A DNA stretch of 64,000 bases. Source: Eledone cirrhosa (Eukaryota). The notes below the pieces were generated by a model. That model saw only the letters and a program-made list of their open reading frames with translations. It ran no database searches and had not been told where the DNA came from. A program made the position numbers and the translations under genes. Shown piece by piece: positions 38,780-51,783 of the stretch; positions within the stretch are counted from its first letter, which is position 1, and each line of letters opens with the position of its first letter. Location: contig OZ024741.1 of NCBI GenBank assembly GCA_964016885.1, positions 364,870,001 through 364,934,000 on the forward strand. The letters run 5' to 3'.

Positions 38780-41700
38780 TATTATTGTTAGTATTATTGT
38801 TGTTTTTATTTTCTGTCATTGTTTCTGAGATATATCCGAGTGTCTTCCTGACACCTAGGGCAAATAAATTCACAGGGTGCATTGGTAAGCCAGTTAATAC
38901 AGCGCATTGATTATAATTAAAAATAAAAAAAAAAACAGTATACATATATACACATATGCATATGTAAATACAAGGAGGGATATCAATCTTACAGAGATAG
39001 TGCTCTTCTCAATACGTGTGCAGTACCAGTCAAAACAATTTTTTGCACCTCGTGCAGAGAGGGTAAACCAGGAATCATTCGTAAATATTGTTCTGTTTCT
39101 TTCTTGATCATTCCCAGTCCTCCCACAATCACTGGTATTGTAACGGCCTTGAGGTGCCACATTTTCTCAATTTCAATAAGCAGATCTTTATATTTTCGTA
39201 GCTTGTCAAATTCTTTTGCCGCGATATTGTGATTACATGGGATGCTCATATCTATCAATAAACAGACCTTGTTATGTTGATATTTTACAATGATGTCAGT
39301 TCTATTTGCTTTTATGGTCCTGTCAGTATGTACAGGAAAGTCCCAGAGAATTGATACTTTTTCTACTTCAGTTACAGCCTCAGGGTGATGATTGTACCAC
39401 TTGTCTTCAGCTTTGATTTTGTAATGCCGACATATTACCCAGTGTAGATATTGGCCAACTCTGTCATGTCTATATTTGTATTCTACTGGTGCTAAAACTT
39501 TACATCCAGAGACTAAGTGATCCACTGTTTCAACGCCAGCATTGCAGAATCGGCACTTTGGGTTTATTCCGTTTCTCATCACATTGGCCTGGTAATTACG
39601 AGTCAATAAGCTTTGACCTTGGGCAGCTAAGATGAAGCCTTCACTCTCCGCCTTTAGCCCTGAACTACGTAGCCACTGATGGGTGTGCTTTTGGTCAACA
39701 TCAGCTTGTTTGCTACGGGCAACATATTTGCCATGCAGAGGTTTCCGCTCCCAATTTGATGCTAATTGTCCTTGCCCTTTTGCTTTTGTCAGTGATTTTA
39801 TGTGCCTAGCAGAATCAGTTGCAACAGTTTCTTTAGTCTGTCCAGCCTGGGTATCAAGCATGAGATCAGTAGCATATCTTTTGCTCTCCTTCAAGATAGA
39901 ATGAAGCCTCTTACTTCTCTCATGCTTTTCAACAAGTTTCAGCATACACTCGTTAGTTGTTTCAAGGTATTTGGCCAGTCCAATGATGGTGGTCTTGTAA
40001 GCAAGATCAAATTGGATCAGACCACGGCCTCCTTGAGTTCTAGGAAGGTAAAGACGACCCACATCTGCTTTTGGGTGGTGCATCCTATTACAGATCAGGG
40101 TAGCTTACATACTTTGGTGTTGATTCTTTTGATTTCACTCATAGTCCAGTTCAACACACCGAAGCTATAAGTGACAACTGGGACTGCCAAGGAATTTATG
40201 GCTAGCACCTTGTTACGAGCGTTTAGTTCTGATCTCAGAACTGCACGTACTCTCCTGTAACATTCTTTCCTTATCCTCTCTTTCATACTTTCATGCTGTA
40301 TGCCAGAGCCCTCATTAATCCCTAAGTATTTATAGGTTTATTTCTGCTCAAGTTCCTTTATGATTGTTTCAGCATCCAATTCAACTGAGTCTGAGTTGAC
40401 AAGCTTCCCCTTCTTGAAAGTGGCTTTTGCACACTTGTCAAGTCCAAACTCCATCCTGATGTCATCGCTAAACGTTTTTACTGTCCGCAAAAGGCCTTCC
40501 AGTTCGTCATTATCTTTGCAATATAGCTTCAAATCATCCATATAAAATAGGTGGCTTATTTTTTTGTTGTCAATTCTATAACCGTACCCTGTTCTATTAA
40601 GTTCGGATGTAAGGGGTATTAAAGCTATGCAGAAAAGCAAGGGTGAAAGTGAGTCACCCGGAATATACCACAGTTGATGTTTATATTCCTAGAGCACAGT
40701 ACCCCAGTGGAATGAGACAATTGGAGATTTGTGTTCCATAATGACATATTGTGTTTCAGGAAGTTTGATATCACAGGTGAGATTTTGAAGATCTCCAGTG
40801 ATCTCAGAATCCATGAGTGTGGTATGCTGCCAAAGGCTTTTTTATAATCGATCCATGCAGAAATGAGATTTCTGTGTTTATTATGACAGTTCTCAAGGAT
40901 CATACGATTAATCAAAAGTTGATCTTTGCAACCATATGAACCTCGTTGGCACCCTTTTTGTTCAATGGGGAAAAGATTGTTCTCCTCCAAAAACACGTAT
41001 GCTTTTTCCATGAGAATAGAGGTTAATAGTTATAAGTGGTGGACAAGCAGGTTATGGGCCGATAGGCTTTTGGATCTTTGGTTTCGTTGTTCTTTGGTAG
41101 AAGGTAGGTAATGCCACTTGCTATCCAATCAGGTATATATTTTGGATCTTTAATAATTCCATTATATTGACCAATATATTGTGAGTGCTTGACCAATATA
41201 TTGTGAGTGCACGGGAGTGAGGAAAGCCAGAAATTTGGCACCCTGTCTCTACCAGGAGATTTCCATTTATGAGATTTATTGGGTGCTGTCTTTAAGTCCG
41301 CTATAGAGATGTCTTCCCACGCCTGTTCTTCTAAATTTGTGTACGATTTTTCCAGGCGACTAATCCAATCTACATTAGCATTATATGTCTTTTGATCACT
41401 CCAAATCTTACTCCAGAAGTTTTCAACTTCTTCTATGGATAATTATTATTATATTATGGATAATTATCTTTTTCTTCCCTACTTCTCTATAAAATGACTT
41501 GGCATTGGATGAGAACGACTTATTTTGCTTGTAGAAGTTGTTTCGCTTCTCGAATCTACGAATTCGTTGGGCTTTTACTTGGACTTTTTGTTTCAGAGAT
41601 TCTTTTGTTGAAACTATTGCTTCTCTAGAAGACAGTCCATATTTTCTCTTTAGCTTTCTTACCTTCTTTGATCTTATATCATTTCCAGCGGTTAACTCAC

Positions 41701-42790
41701 TCAATAAAGATATTTCTCCTCTCATTACGTCAAGCTCCTTTTCGATTCTACTCATCCAAATTGGTTTACCTCGAAGGTTCGACTTTTTTTGTTTTTTTTG
41801 GTGGTAAACAACTTGTTTCAATTACTCTAGCAGATGCATAAATGATTTCATTTAACTCAGTAAGATCAGGTTCTAGTTCTTCTATGATTTCTTTTGTCAC
41901 AGAATTACCAATCATTATTTGTTTTCTATTTTGGATTGTATTTGGGAGTTTTTGAAGTGGTTCTCTATCATTTATACTAGAATGTCTTACTACTGCAAGT
42001 TCATTCAGTATTTTTTGCTTTAATTCCTTCATAGTCTCCCTGTGTTCTTCAGCAGATGTTTGGTTTTCAATTACTGTTTCTAAGACCTTCTCCTGGCTAT
42101 TTTCAGCGGGTTCAATAGGGCTTCTCATTTCTACAAACCTATTTGTGATTTGGTCAGATGGAGGTCTTTCAGTAAAGACTTGTGACTGGTTACTATCTCC
42201 AGGAGATTCTTCAGTTCTTTCATCATTTACATTTATGTCATTCTCCACAGCCTGCTTGATCGCAGTTAGTTCAGTGTCTGTGAGTCTATTATTTCTGAAG
42301 ATATACCTCCTTACATTTGCCAACTTATTTCATTCCATATCACGTCTGCTAGCTTGATTCCGAGTTTTCCAGATTTTGTAGGAGTTTAAAGTGTGCCTGT
42401 CTTGTGATGGCTTACCTAATGCATAGTAATATGCATATATTACTTCTTTATTCTCTTCTCGGGTCCATTTCATCCTTTTAGGTTTTTCTTTTTGAGGTGA
42501 TTTGGGTGGTGGATCTGGATGGCTCGAGTTGGGGCAATCCCCGATCAAGTGACCATCCAGGTCCATAATTGGAGAAGAGTTTGTGCCAGAGGAGGACTTT
42601 TCGATCTCAGGTTGGCACCTTCCTGAGGGACGCGCTTCCTGATTAACCATAGGAAAAGCGATTTGGTATTGTATATTAATTTTTATTTGTTCATCTCGCA
42701 GTACATGCTTGCGTTACGCATGGTATTGGGGGTACGTGGAAAGTTGCCTGGCTCTTTGGGTAGTGCATTTACTGGCTGGCACTGAGATCA
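38780..42790 (-). mobile_element. Near full-length R4/Dong-clade LINE (RT, CCHC knuckle, restriction-like endonuclease), pseudogenised
   Basis: YRPITCL, EQKGC, WIDYKKAF, HLFYMDDLKLY, FGLDKC, RLYLPR..GGRGL, CRFC..ETVDHLVSGC, RHD, IDMSIP, K..KYKDL. Several frameshifts. Confidence 0.92.
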
Positions 42791-42796
42791 TTATTA

Positions 42797-43192
42797 CTGG
42801 ATTGGCGGTATCGGTAGAGGGTCGGACGCCATGCTTTGAAGCATAGAGTTACCTCCCTTTATGATCTGAGTTCAAATCCCGCCGAGGTTAACTTTGCCTT
42901 TCATCCTTACAGGGTCGATAACATAAAGTACCAGTAATACACTGGGATAATTGCTGGCCTTGTGCCAAAAGTAGAAACAATTATTACTATTATAAAAATA
43001 CTAGAAATCATTTGGCAGTATCGGTAGAGGGTCGGACGCCCTGCTTTCCAACATAGTTACGTCCCTTTACGATCTGAGTTCAAATCCCGCCGAGGTTGAC
43101 TTTGCGTTTCATCCTTACGGGGTCGATAACATAAAGTACCAGTAATACACTGAGTAGTGCTGGCCTTGTGCCTAAAGTAGAAACAATTATTA
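42797..43192 (+). mobile_element. Two tandem full-length family A SINEs
   Basis: Each has TGGC(A/G)GTATCGG, GAGTTCAAATCC, the Nin-like domain and a GTAGAAACAATTATT tail. Confidence 0.88.
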
Positions 43193-43726
43193 CTATTATA
43201 ACAGTATAGTTATGGTCATTGCTGTTGTTGATTGAGGTGATATTGTTATGGTTGCAGCTGTAAGAGGTGTACGAGTATTTTCTCAACTGTTCTTGTGGTG
43301 TGAGTGGTGTTGGTGGTGGTGGCAGGGAGATTAATGCTGGGGGTGGGGGTGCTGGGAGTGGTAGTGGGTAGGGTGACATTGTAGCTTATAGGAGTTGCTT
43401 CTCCTATGTTATTTTCTGTCTATTTTGAGTTTGAGGTGTAAATGGGATGCTAGTATTCTTTTTTTATTCCCTTTTGTTTTGTCCTTTATGAGGGCTCCAT
43501 AAACATACATAAATATACATTCACGCGTGCATACTTATACACACATATGTATATACACACATAGTATTAGGTATACTATTTATGGTTATGTAAATACAAA
43601 ACCTTAAGCAGTTGTAAGTATTTTACACACACCCTAAATAGTGGTAGGCAGTATTGTATTACTACCTTATTACCAGTAAGTTAAGTAGCTCAATGTAAAA
43701 ACATCAGATGATTTACAGAGCAGTTA

Positions 43727-44067
43727 TATGAAATATAAGAATCAAAGAACTGTTCAAAACATTATAATCGCTTATATTCATGTTGTATTTTAACCTATAT
43801 CTTTGATTTGTGATTGTACCTATTAATATAAATGTAACCTCGAAGTGTGTACTGCCACTCTAAATTCTGTAATGAATGTTGACCCACAATGTTTGAATAT
43901 GTATCAATGTTTGAATATGTATTGGTATGTCTCTCGGCTGAAAAGGAGGTCATATAACTGTCCATGCATTAATAAATTGCTCCGAAGAATCCAAACCTCG
44001 GTTTGGAGGAAACAGCTGTAAGCACAATAATGTTTTGAACAGTTCTTTGATTCTTATATTTCATATA
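43727..44067 (+). mobile_element. Fold-back element with ~39-bp terminal inverted repeats and an internal hammerhead-like motif
   Basis: TATGAAATATAAGAATCAAAGAACTGTTCAAAACATTAT and its reverse complement at 44027-44066. Confidence 0.75.
43978..44024 (+). ncRNA. Minimal type I hammerhead variant (CCGAAGA core)
   Basis: TGCT-CCGAAGA-aTCCAAACC(TC)GGTTTGGAg-GAAA-CAGCTG-TA-AGCA. The U4C change may impair activity. Confidence 0.55.
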
Positions 44068-44444
44068 CACACACATATATATATATACCCACATATTAGA
44101 CACTGAGAAGGGAGGTAGGTAGCAGTCAGTGACAGTAGTCTAAAAATAAATTGGGGATTTACTGGTGTGAATGTGTGAGGAAGTGGTTGTGAATGTGGTG
44201 GTGGGAGAGAGAAGTGATCTTTCAACTGTCCATTTTCCTTTCAAAATCTGAAATTTAGCCACAATCGACCAAAATGTAAAAAATGAAAATTCTATTGGGG
44301 AAATATTAAAAAATATATATGCACCTTTCACATCTTCAGCCACAGAGATGATTGCATAATAATTAGTCGGATTTTTGATTAAACAGAACTTATCCCCTGA
44401 AATAAACAGTGTGTTTTCCGATCTATGTCTGTTTCTTTTCTTCA

Positions 44445-44820
44445 AATAATTGTTTCTACTTTTGGCACAAGGCCAGCATCTACCCAGTGTACTTTATTTT
44501 ATCGACCCCGTAAGGATGAAAGGCAAAGTTAACCTCGGCGGGATTTGAACTCAGAATGGCAAGGGCCGTAACTATGCGTCAAAGCATGGCGTCCGACCCT
44601 CTACCGATACTGCCAATCCACCGTCCTTTTCTTCAAATAATTGTTTCTACTTTAGGCACAAGGCCAGCAATTACCCAGTGCATTACTGGTACTTTATTTT
44701 ATCGACCCCGTAAGGATGAAAGGCAAAGTCAACTTCGGCGGGATTTGAACTCAGATCGTAAAGGGACGTAACTATGCTGGAAAGCATGGCGTCCGACCCT
44801 CTACCGATACTGCCAATCCT
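44445..44820 (-). mobile_element. Two tandem family A SINEs
   Basis: Same motifs as 42797-43192, in reverse orientation. Confidence 0.88.
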
Positions 44821-45434
44821 TCAAATAATAATATGTAAACAGCGATTGTAATGGATAAATATATAAAAATATTTATGCAATTCTCACAACTAGTGTCAGA
44901 TTATTTGTAGAGATAAGTGGTGAAATAATTTGTCGAATTTTCGTGTTAGGGAATACCAAATTAGACAAAAGTTACTCCTCGAAAGAATCAACGTGCGTCG
45001 TCCGATCTACGACTGTTTCTCTTCTTCAAATAGTTTTTTCTTTAAGTTCAAAGAGCGAACGTCTGTATATCTGCATGTTTGTTTTGTGTACATTTTTCGT
45101 ATGTGTAATATAATCAATAGAGTTTGTTACTTATATATATCGTTTTTCTTTTTGTTTTGATTTAAAATTCTGAGTAGTGGTGCGGCTGATATTCAGTTTC
45201 TTTATTTACACATGTGGTCCGTTATTTTAATGAAGAAAATTGTTATAAGGACGATCCGTGTACAACATTTATTTTTTTGTAGGCTTCTTTGGTATTCGTC
45301 CATTATGTTTCCACTTCGTTTTCTTAGTGTTTTTATTATTGTTTTGTCGATGGTGTTCGATTTATTTCAAATCTTGTGGGGAGCTTCGTTACGAGCGTCC
45401 ATGATGTTATTCAGCCCGCTCATATTATTCTATT

Positions 45435-46110
45435 TGCCCGAGCATTGCTGACTTGTGGAGCTATGTCGACCAGTTGCTGTTGCGTGTAGGACTGATCCGG
45501 TTGTCGACTGAGTCTATTGTGCAGATGGTCTCGCCGTCTTCCTTCGAGGAGGAAGGGCAGGCGGTTTTCATCTGCCTGGTGGCCATGGCGAAAGAGATTG
45601 TGTGGTGGATAAGGTTAAAAGGGTTAAAGACAGACACTTTCCTCTTTGGCGAATCCCTAATTAACTTTTTCAAGTTTCACTTGAAGAGGAAAATCAGGGT
45701 GGAGAGGCAAGTGCGGCCTTCTAGCAAGTTTGTTGAAAGGTGGGTGAATGTAGCGAGAACGGTCCGAGTGAACGGGACCACTCTGAATATACGTCTGTAG
45801 GTTGAGAGATGGAAAAATTGAGAGAGGGCGCTTGCCCTGGTGGTCAGGGTGGCCGTGGTCTTTTGTGTGGTTTTCGCCACGAGTAACCCTCGGAGGTTTC
45901 CCCCCTATTGGGGAATTTTTCATTGTTTCAATTTTCATTTTTATTGTTTATATATATATATGTTTCTATGTCCTTTTTTTTTCTTCTTTTCTTATATAAA
46001 TAATAAAAATATTTACACGCACAAAACCCACATCGTACCGTCCTGTACCGTCCTGTACCGTCTGTAATGTTTTTCTTGATGTCAGCCCTTGTGGCCAATA
46101 AAGAAATCAT
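45435..46110 (+). mobile_element. Tx1/L1-clade LINE 3' fragment
   Basis: Near-identical to 17357-18045, with an (ATT)n tail. Confidence 0.85.
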
Positions 46111-46119
46111 TATTATTAT

Positions 46120-46428
46120 TATTGTTCTTTGAGTCTCAGTCATTGATGTTAGTTAACTGGAAAGTTTGTTGAAATGAATATCAAGCCACTACCTGCAGCC
46201 TCAGATATTCAGCACGTATCGGAGGGTTCTTGCTGTTCCCAGCAAGCATGCCTTTTGAAGCGTTCCAAAAAGCGTGGCGGGGCCAATTTTCTTTAACCAT
46301 CCCTGGAAACGTTTTGAGATAGTACCTAGTGCGCCTATGACAATCGGGACCACTTTGACTTCATGGCAGTTCCAAATCCTTTTTACCTCCCACTTTAAGT
46401 CCTGGTATCGGTTAATTTTCTCCCTCTC
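46120..46428 (-). mobile_element. R4/Dong LINE 3' fragment flanked by (TAA)n
   Basis: EKINRYQDLKWEVKRIW...VVPIVIGALG...LQKACLLGTARTLR. Confidence 0.8.
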
Positions 46429-46429
46429 C

Positions 46430-46502
<73 letters not shown>

Positions 46503-46504
46503 GG

Positions 46505-49500
46505 CGACCTACGTAATAAATAGTATCATCGTGAGCTCCGCAAAGGTTTGTTATTTTCAGTTGTTTAAAATTGCCATTCATGGAAATTTTTTATTGTTAA
46601 CTGTATATAAGTGCACATACATTGTTATCTGAAAAGGACACCCAAAAAGATTGAGTCCAAAATTTAAACTTTTATAATTATCAAACAAAAATTTTTCTTT
46701 GAAAAATCATGGCTGACTCAGAGTCACTCCTTTCTCACAATCTAACACCTCACACCGACACCACCGTTGTAAATATTGCTACGTTTGCCAACACTGGAAA
46801 TGTAAGCAGTAGCAATATTTTAAATTTGTCTCAGGCAGACGTTCATTTCCCGCCATTACCAATGACTGCAGGTGTTAAAGCCGCCACGACCACCACCACC
46901 CCCACCACCACCACAGCGACAACATAAACAAAAGAAAAAAATAAATTAACTCGTGATATCGAAATTAATTCAACCAAAATGAACTCTTCCACACCGAACA
47001 CCACTGACGCCACCACCACCACAACTGAAACTAAAATTAACAATAACAAAAATAACGATAACAACAACAGCAACAATGACATTAAGAAAACCACCCTGAG
47101 TTTTGCCAGAGTAGCAAAACAGTGCGAAGCATTTCAAGTAACTCAGGAGGAATTAGAAGAAGCCAAAAAAATGGTAAAGAAAGATGGGTACAGAGTCAGC
47201 CCCCCCCCACCTAATAAAATGGAGCATCGGCGCCTATGGACCGTGTCTTATCGAACAATTAATATAAGATCGCGCCGAGTGGAACGGGCATCCGAGTCCA
47301 AAATCCAAAAAGCTTTGGGACATGTGTGGGCAAAAAAACCCCCACATCAGACGTGCGCAGAAGTATGGAATCGTGGACGTGTTCTTTGAAACACCACAGG
47401 AGGCTAGAAAACACTCCATGACCCCATTAAGAAGTGACGACTTCACACTCGTCCCAAGCTATTGTGGCCAGAGACTCGTAAAGTTCAGGGTCACCCACGT
47501 TCCACCGGCCATCAAAATTCCCTAGCTAATAGCTGCCGTCCTCGCCGACATCGAAGCCAACACCAAGATAATCGAAATAGCGAAAGAAAAGCAGGAGAAC
47601 TGGTCCGGATCTGGGATGGAGCTCCTGATCCAAGCGGACCAAAAAAAGCATTGAGGAGTTCCCAGAGGTAATAGACCTCACTGACGGCAGCCACCTCACC
47701 GTAATTGTCGAGGGCAGAAGGCCTAGGTGTGTCGTTTGTGGTGAAGGAACCCACCTAAGGGCTTTCTGCCCTCAGGCTAAAAGGTTGAGACCACCTCTCC
47801 TACCCACCCCAGTGACTCAACCATCAACACCACCAGCTGCAGAGATGGCAGCAACAACAGAAGCAACTGTAACAGCAACAACCCCAGCAACAGTAGCAAA
47901 ACCAACACCAACACCACCCAACGCGTCAGAACTAGCACCAGCGCCTACACCATCCACCACACCACAACCAAAACTAACGCCTGTGGAGGATTTTCCACTC
48001 CCCGGCCTATCACAACTGGAAACAGATTGTGACGACGAGGAGTGGGAAACGGTATCAGGAAAAAAGAAAAAAGAAACCAAAAAAGAAAAAATTCTCTTCC
48101 TTCCCCCTCCAAAAACAAAATACAGAGGGAAACAAATAAACTATCAAACAAAAAAGTTAGGACAGATATGCCACCATCCACACCAGCATCACCAACCCCA
48201 TCACCCCAAATACCAACACCATCACCATCATTAACTCCAACACCACCATCACCTACACCACAAAAGTCACCAAAAAGCGAAACAGAAACAAACCCACAAC
48301 AAACACAAACAAAACAAAACAACCAAAACGATTCACACTACACAGCATTAAATTTGAACAACAACCAATTATTACACTACATCCAACACAACACCAGCAT
48401 CACAGAAAAAGACTACACAACAACCGAAAAGTTCACACCACCTCCACACATACAAATCACTCTCATCACACAGAAAACGCACATGACACTAAAACAAAAA
48501 TTCCCCAAAGACATCGGAGACTTCCGACAAGCACTCTCCAGGAGGATTTATAAGGACATCCTTCCGGAGGAGGCCACAAGCAGTGAAAAGGATGGAGAAA
48601 CCGTCCTTCCTCTACGAGAAGTAAGGTAAGTGGTCTTTCCCATCTTTTCCACTCCATTTCAACATGACCTCACTCAGAATAGGCAGCATAAATGCGCGTG
48701 GCTTGGGGTCGTTATGGAAGCAGGGCCACCTGCTCAACGACCTCAGGTCACTAAACATAGATGTAGTGACCATCAGTGAGACCAGAATCTCTGAAGCACG
48801 GGCCTTCGCACCGATCTTCGGCGGCTACGATGTGTACGCATCTTCCAGCCGTCCGGGATCGGGGGGAGGAGTTGCTGTGCTTTTTCGGAGAGGTTTGGAT
48901 CTCGCCATACGGGCCATCTTCCTGGACCCAGAAGGTAAGTTGGTGGTGCTGGACATGACCAGCGGAGACGGGCAAGCTTTCAGGCTAGTGGCCGTCTATG
49001 CCCCGACAGGAGCAGGGCAGACTGATTTCTTCCGGCGTCTGGAGATCTTTCTTGGAACGTCCCGCTCTTTAGTGTTAGTGGGCGACTGGAACGAGATCTT
49101 AGATGCACGCTGGGACTGTGTGGGATTAGCGGATAGGGGAGGAGGATGAAAGAGTCTCACCAACCTGCTCAAGCGTTTTGAACTGTCTGATAGGTACCGA
49201 TTGGATTTCCCGAATGTGCCAATGTGGGCTTGGACAAATCGCATAGGATCATCCAGATCATATCTAGATAGAGTTTTTTGTAGGGAAATAGATAGGTCTA
49301 GCATAGGCTGTCCACAATTCAAGATAGTCAGCTACACGGACCACAAATTCGTGATCTGGGTGCTTGACTTAGATAGGCTTCATAGACGAGGACGCGGCTA
49401 CTGGAAGCTAAACGCGTCCTTACCAGCGCGCAAGCCTACAGAGACCGGATTAGCGAACTAGTTAAGCGGGCGTTGACGGGGGACATCCTCAACAATAAGT

Positions 49501-51520
49501 GGTGGTTTGCTCTGAAAAGAGCAATTAGAATAGAGTCCATTAGGTTTAGTAAGGCTTTAGCAATAGAGAAAAATACAGCAGAGGGAGAATTAGTTAGAAA
49601 ATTAGACGAGGTGCTTAGCAAAGACATCGCGACCGACGTACTTGCGGCGAAATTGGCCCTTGACCAATTCTTCAATGCAAAGCACGAAGGCTGCGTTGTC
49701 AGAGCTAGGGTGCATGCTCTCAGACACGAGGGGACGAAAGCCGTTCAATGGGCACGAGTGGCGGAGGCGCGTCGTGGCAACAAAGCCACGATCCGGTCTT
49801 TGGTGGACCACGACGGGCGCATGCTACTCGATCCCTGGCAAATGTGTGAAGCTTTCCAGCGACACTTCGCCCAGCTGTTCGGGGACAGCGGCGGGCCGAA
49901 GCGAGGGATGGACTTTAGTGTCTACCTCGATGGACTGCCGCGGCTTTCGGCCACTGAGGCGGAGTGTTGCGAAAAGCCGATAACAGCCGCTGAAGTACGG
50001 GAGGCAATGACTGGCTGCACAAGGGGTAAATCGCATTGTTTGGTGGTCTGCCCTATGAACTTTACGTACAAATGCCAGACTTGTTCGGAGGTCTCTTGGC
50101 GGACGTCTACTACAACTGGCAACAGAACGGGAGAATTCCCAGCTCTGTGAGCCGAGGAGCCGTGGCGCTGCTGAGAAAGGATCCGAACAAGGGGGATAAC
50201 ATAGATAATTTCAGGCCCATAACACTGCTAAACGCAGAGTTCAAGATTTTGGCCAAGGTGCTAGCAAAGAGGTTGGCGCTTGTCGTTGGTGGTCTGGTGG
50301 GAGAGGCGCAGACATGCGCCATTCCCGACAGATCCATCCACGACAACCTCCACCTCATGCGATACATCATAGAGAGGGTAGCTAGGGAACCTGGCACGGG
50401 TGGGTCCTTGATCAATTTAGATCAGTCGGAAGCTTTCGATAGGGTCGACCATCGTTACCTAGCGACAGTCCTGAGGGCGGCTGGCTTTGGGCCCGTCTTC
50501 AGAGGCTGGATCGCTGCTATGCACAGCGACATCTGTTCTGTGGTGAGAGTAAACGGTCACCTTTCGGAAAGTTCAACATCATGCGCTCGGTCCGCCAAGG
50601 ATGTCCCCTCTCGTCCCTCTTGTACGTATTGACTCTCGAGCCATTACTGCACAAACTGGAGACGTTGAGGGGAATGTCTTCAGGCGCTCACAGCCCTCGA
50701 CCAATTGAGCAATGTGATCGGTGGAAACTCCACGTTCTATAGAGGATTAGTGGAGGGGAAGAGCGACGACGTACTCGGAGAAACTCTAGGCGTCGACGTA
50801 AATCAACTAGCCAATCTCTTCGGAAGAACTTTCGGGCCGGGGCCTATGGACAACTTCCAGAAATCCCTGGCCAGGCAGTGCTACCGAGGAGCTTGCCAGT
50901 TCGGGATAAACTCTCCAGGCATGGAGGTGCCGTCAGCCGGGCATGTTCGAGATGCGCGCAGGGCGACGAAACCGTCCTGCACGCACTCGTCCAGTGTCCG
51001 AGCATTGCTGACTTGTGGGTTTATGTCGAACACCTGCTGTCACGTGTAGGACGGATCCAGATATCAGCTTAGTCCATTGTGAGTATTGCCCCGCCCTCTT
51101 CCTTTAGCCGGGAAGGGCAGGCAGTTTTTATCTGTCTGGTGGCCATGGCGAAAGAGATAGTATGGTGGACACGTTTGAAAGGGCTGAAGACGAGCACTTA
51201 CCTCTTCGGTGATGCCCTGATTAACTTTTTCAAATTTCATTTGAAAAGGAAAATCAGGGTAGAGAGGGAAGTGCTCTCTTCCCAGCATTTTGTTGAAAGA
51301 TGGGTTTAGAGAAGCAAGTATGGCCCGAGTGAATGGGCCTACTCTGAGTATGTGTCTGTAAATTAAAGGTGGAAAACTGGGAGAGGGCACTTGCCCTGGT
51401 GGTCAGGGTCACTGTGGCCTTTTAATGGGCTTTCTCCACAAATTTCCCTCGGAAGTCTCCACCCCTATTGGGAAATTTTATCATTGTTATTTTTTATTAC
51501 ATCCTCTGTTTTTTTACATA
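46505..51520 (+). mobile_element. Tx1/L1-clade LINE: ORF1 (~46709-48629, CCHC knuckle) and ORF2 (48664-51360; APE, partial RT, C-terminal zinc finger), with an internal deletion
   Basis: CVVCGEGTHLRAFC; SINARGL, SET, VYAP, GDWN, SYLDR, TDH, YWKLN; NFRPITLLN..KILAK, LDQSEAFDRVDH, VRQGCPLSP.LY; CSRC...ETVLHALVQC. Confidence 0.92.
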
Positions 51521-51521
51521 T

Positions 51522-51700
51522 ATATAAACAAAGAAAGTGTAGTAAGAGACAAGGTGGACCATAACGCACCAGAGTACTCGATACTTAGGGTAGTAGAGTG
51601 AGTAATATGAAAAGAGTCAGCTCGACATCTAGATTCGATCCGAGTTCGGATCTAGCTGTCGAAACGGCCGGAGCTCAGCGGACCGTGTCCTGACTCTTTT

Positions 51701-51705
<5 letters not shown>
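51522..51705 (+). mobile_element. Short structured repeat between TA tracts, related to 10990-11095 (minus strand)
   Basis: Shared GGACCATAACGCACCAGAGTACTC(G/A)ATACTTAGGGTAGTAGAGTG, and inverted repeat GAAAAGAGTCAG/CTGACTCTTTTC. Confidence 0.6.

Positions 51706-51783
<78 letters not shown>

Noticed and set aside
42660-42790. HDV-like ribozyme at the R4/Dong 5' end
   Set aside because: I could not assemble the nested double pseudoknot by eye. It needs an RNAMotif or Infernal search.
42797-42880. tRNA genes
   Set aside because: The A/B boxes belong to SINE heads that continue into SINE bodies, and no cloverleaf forms.
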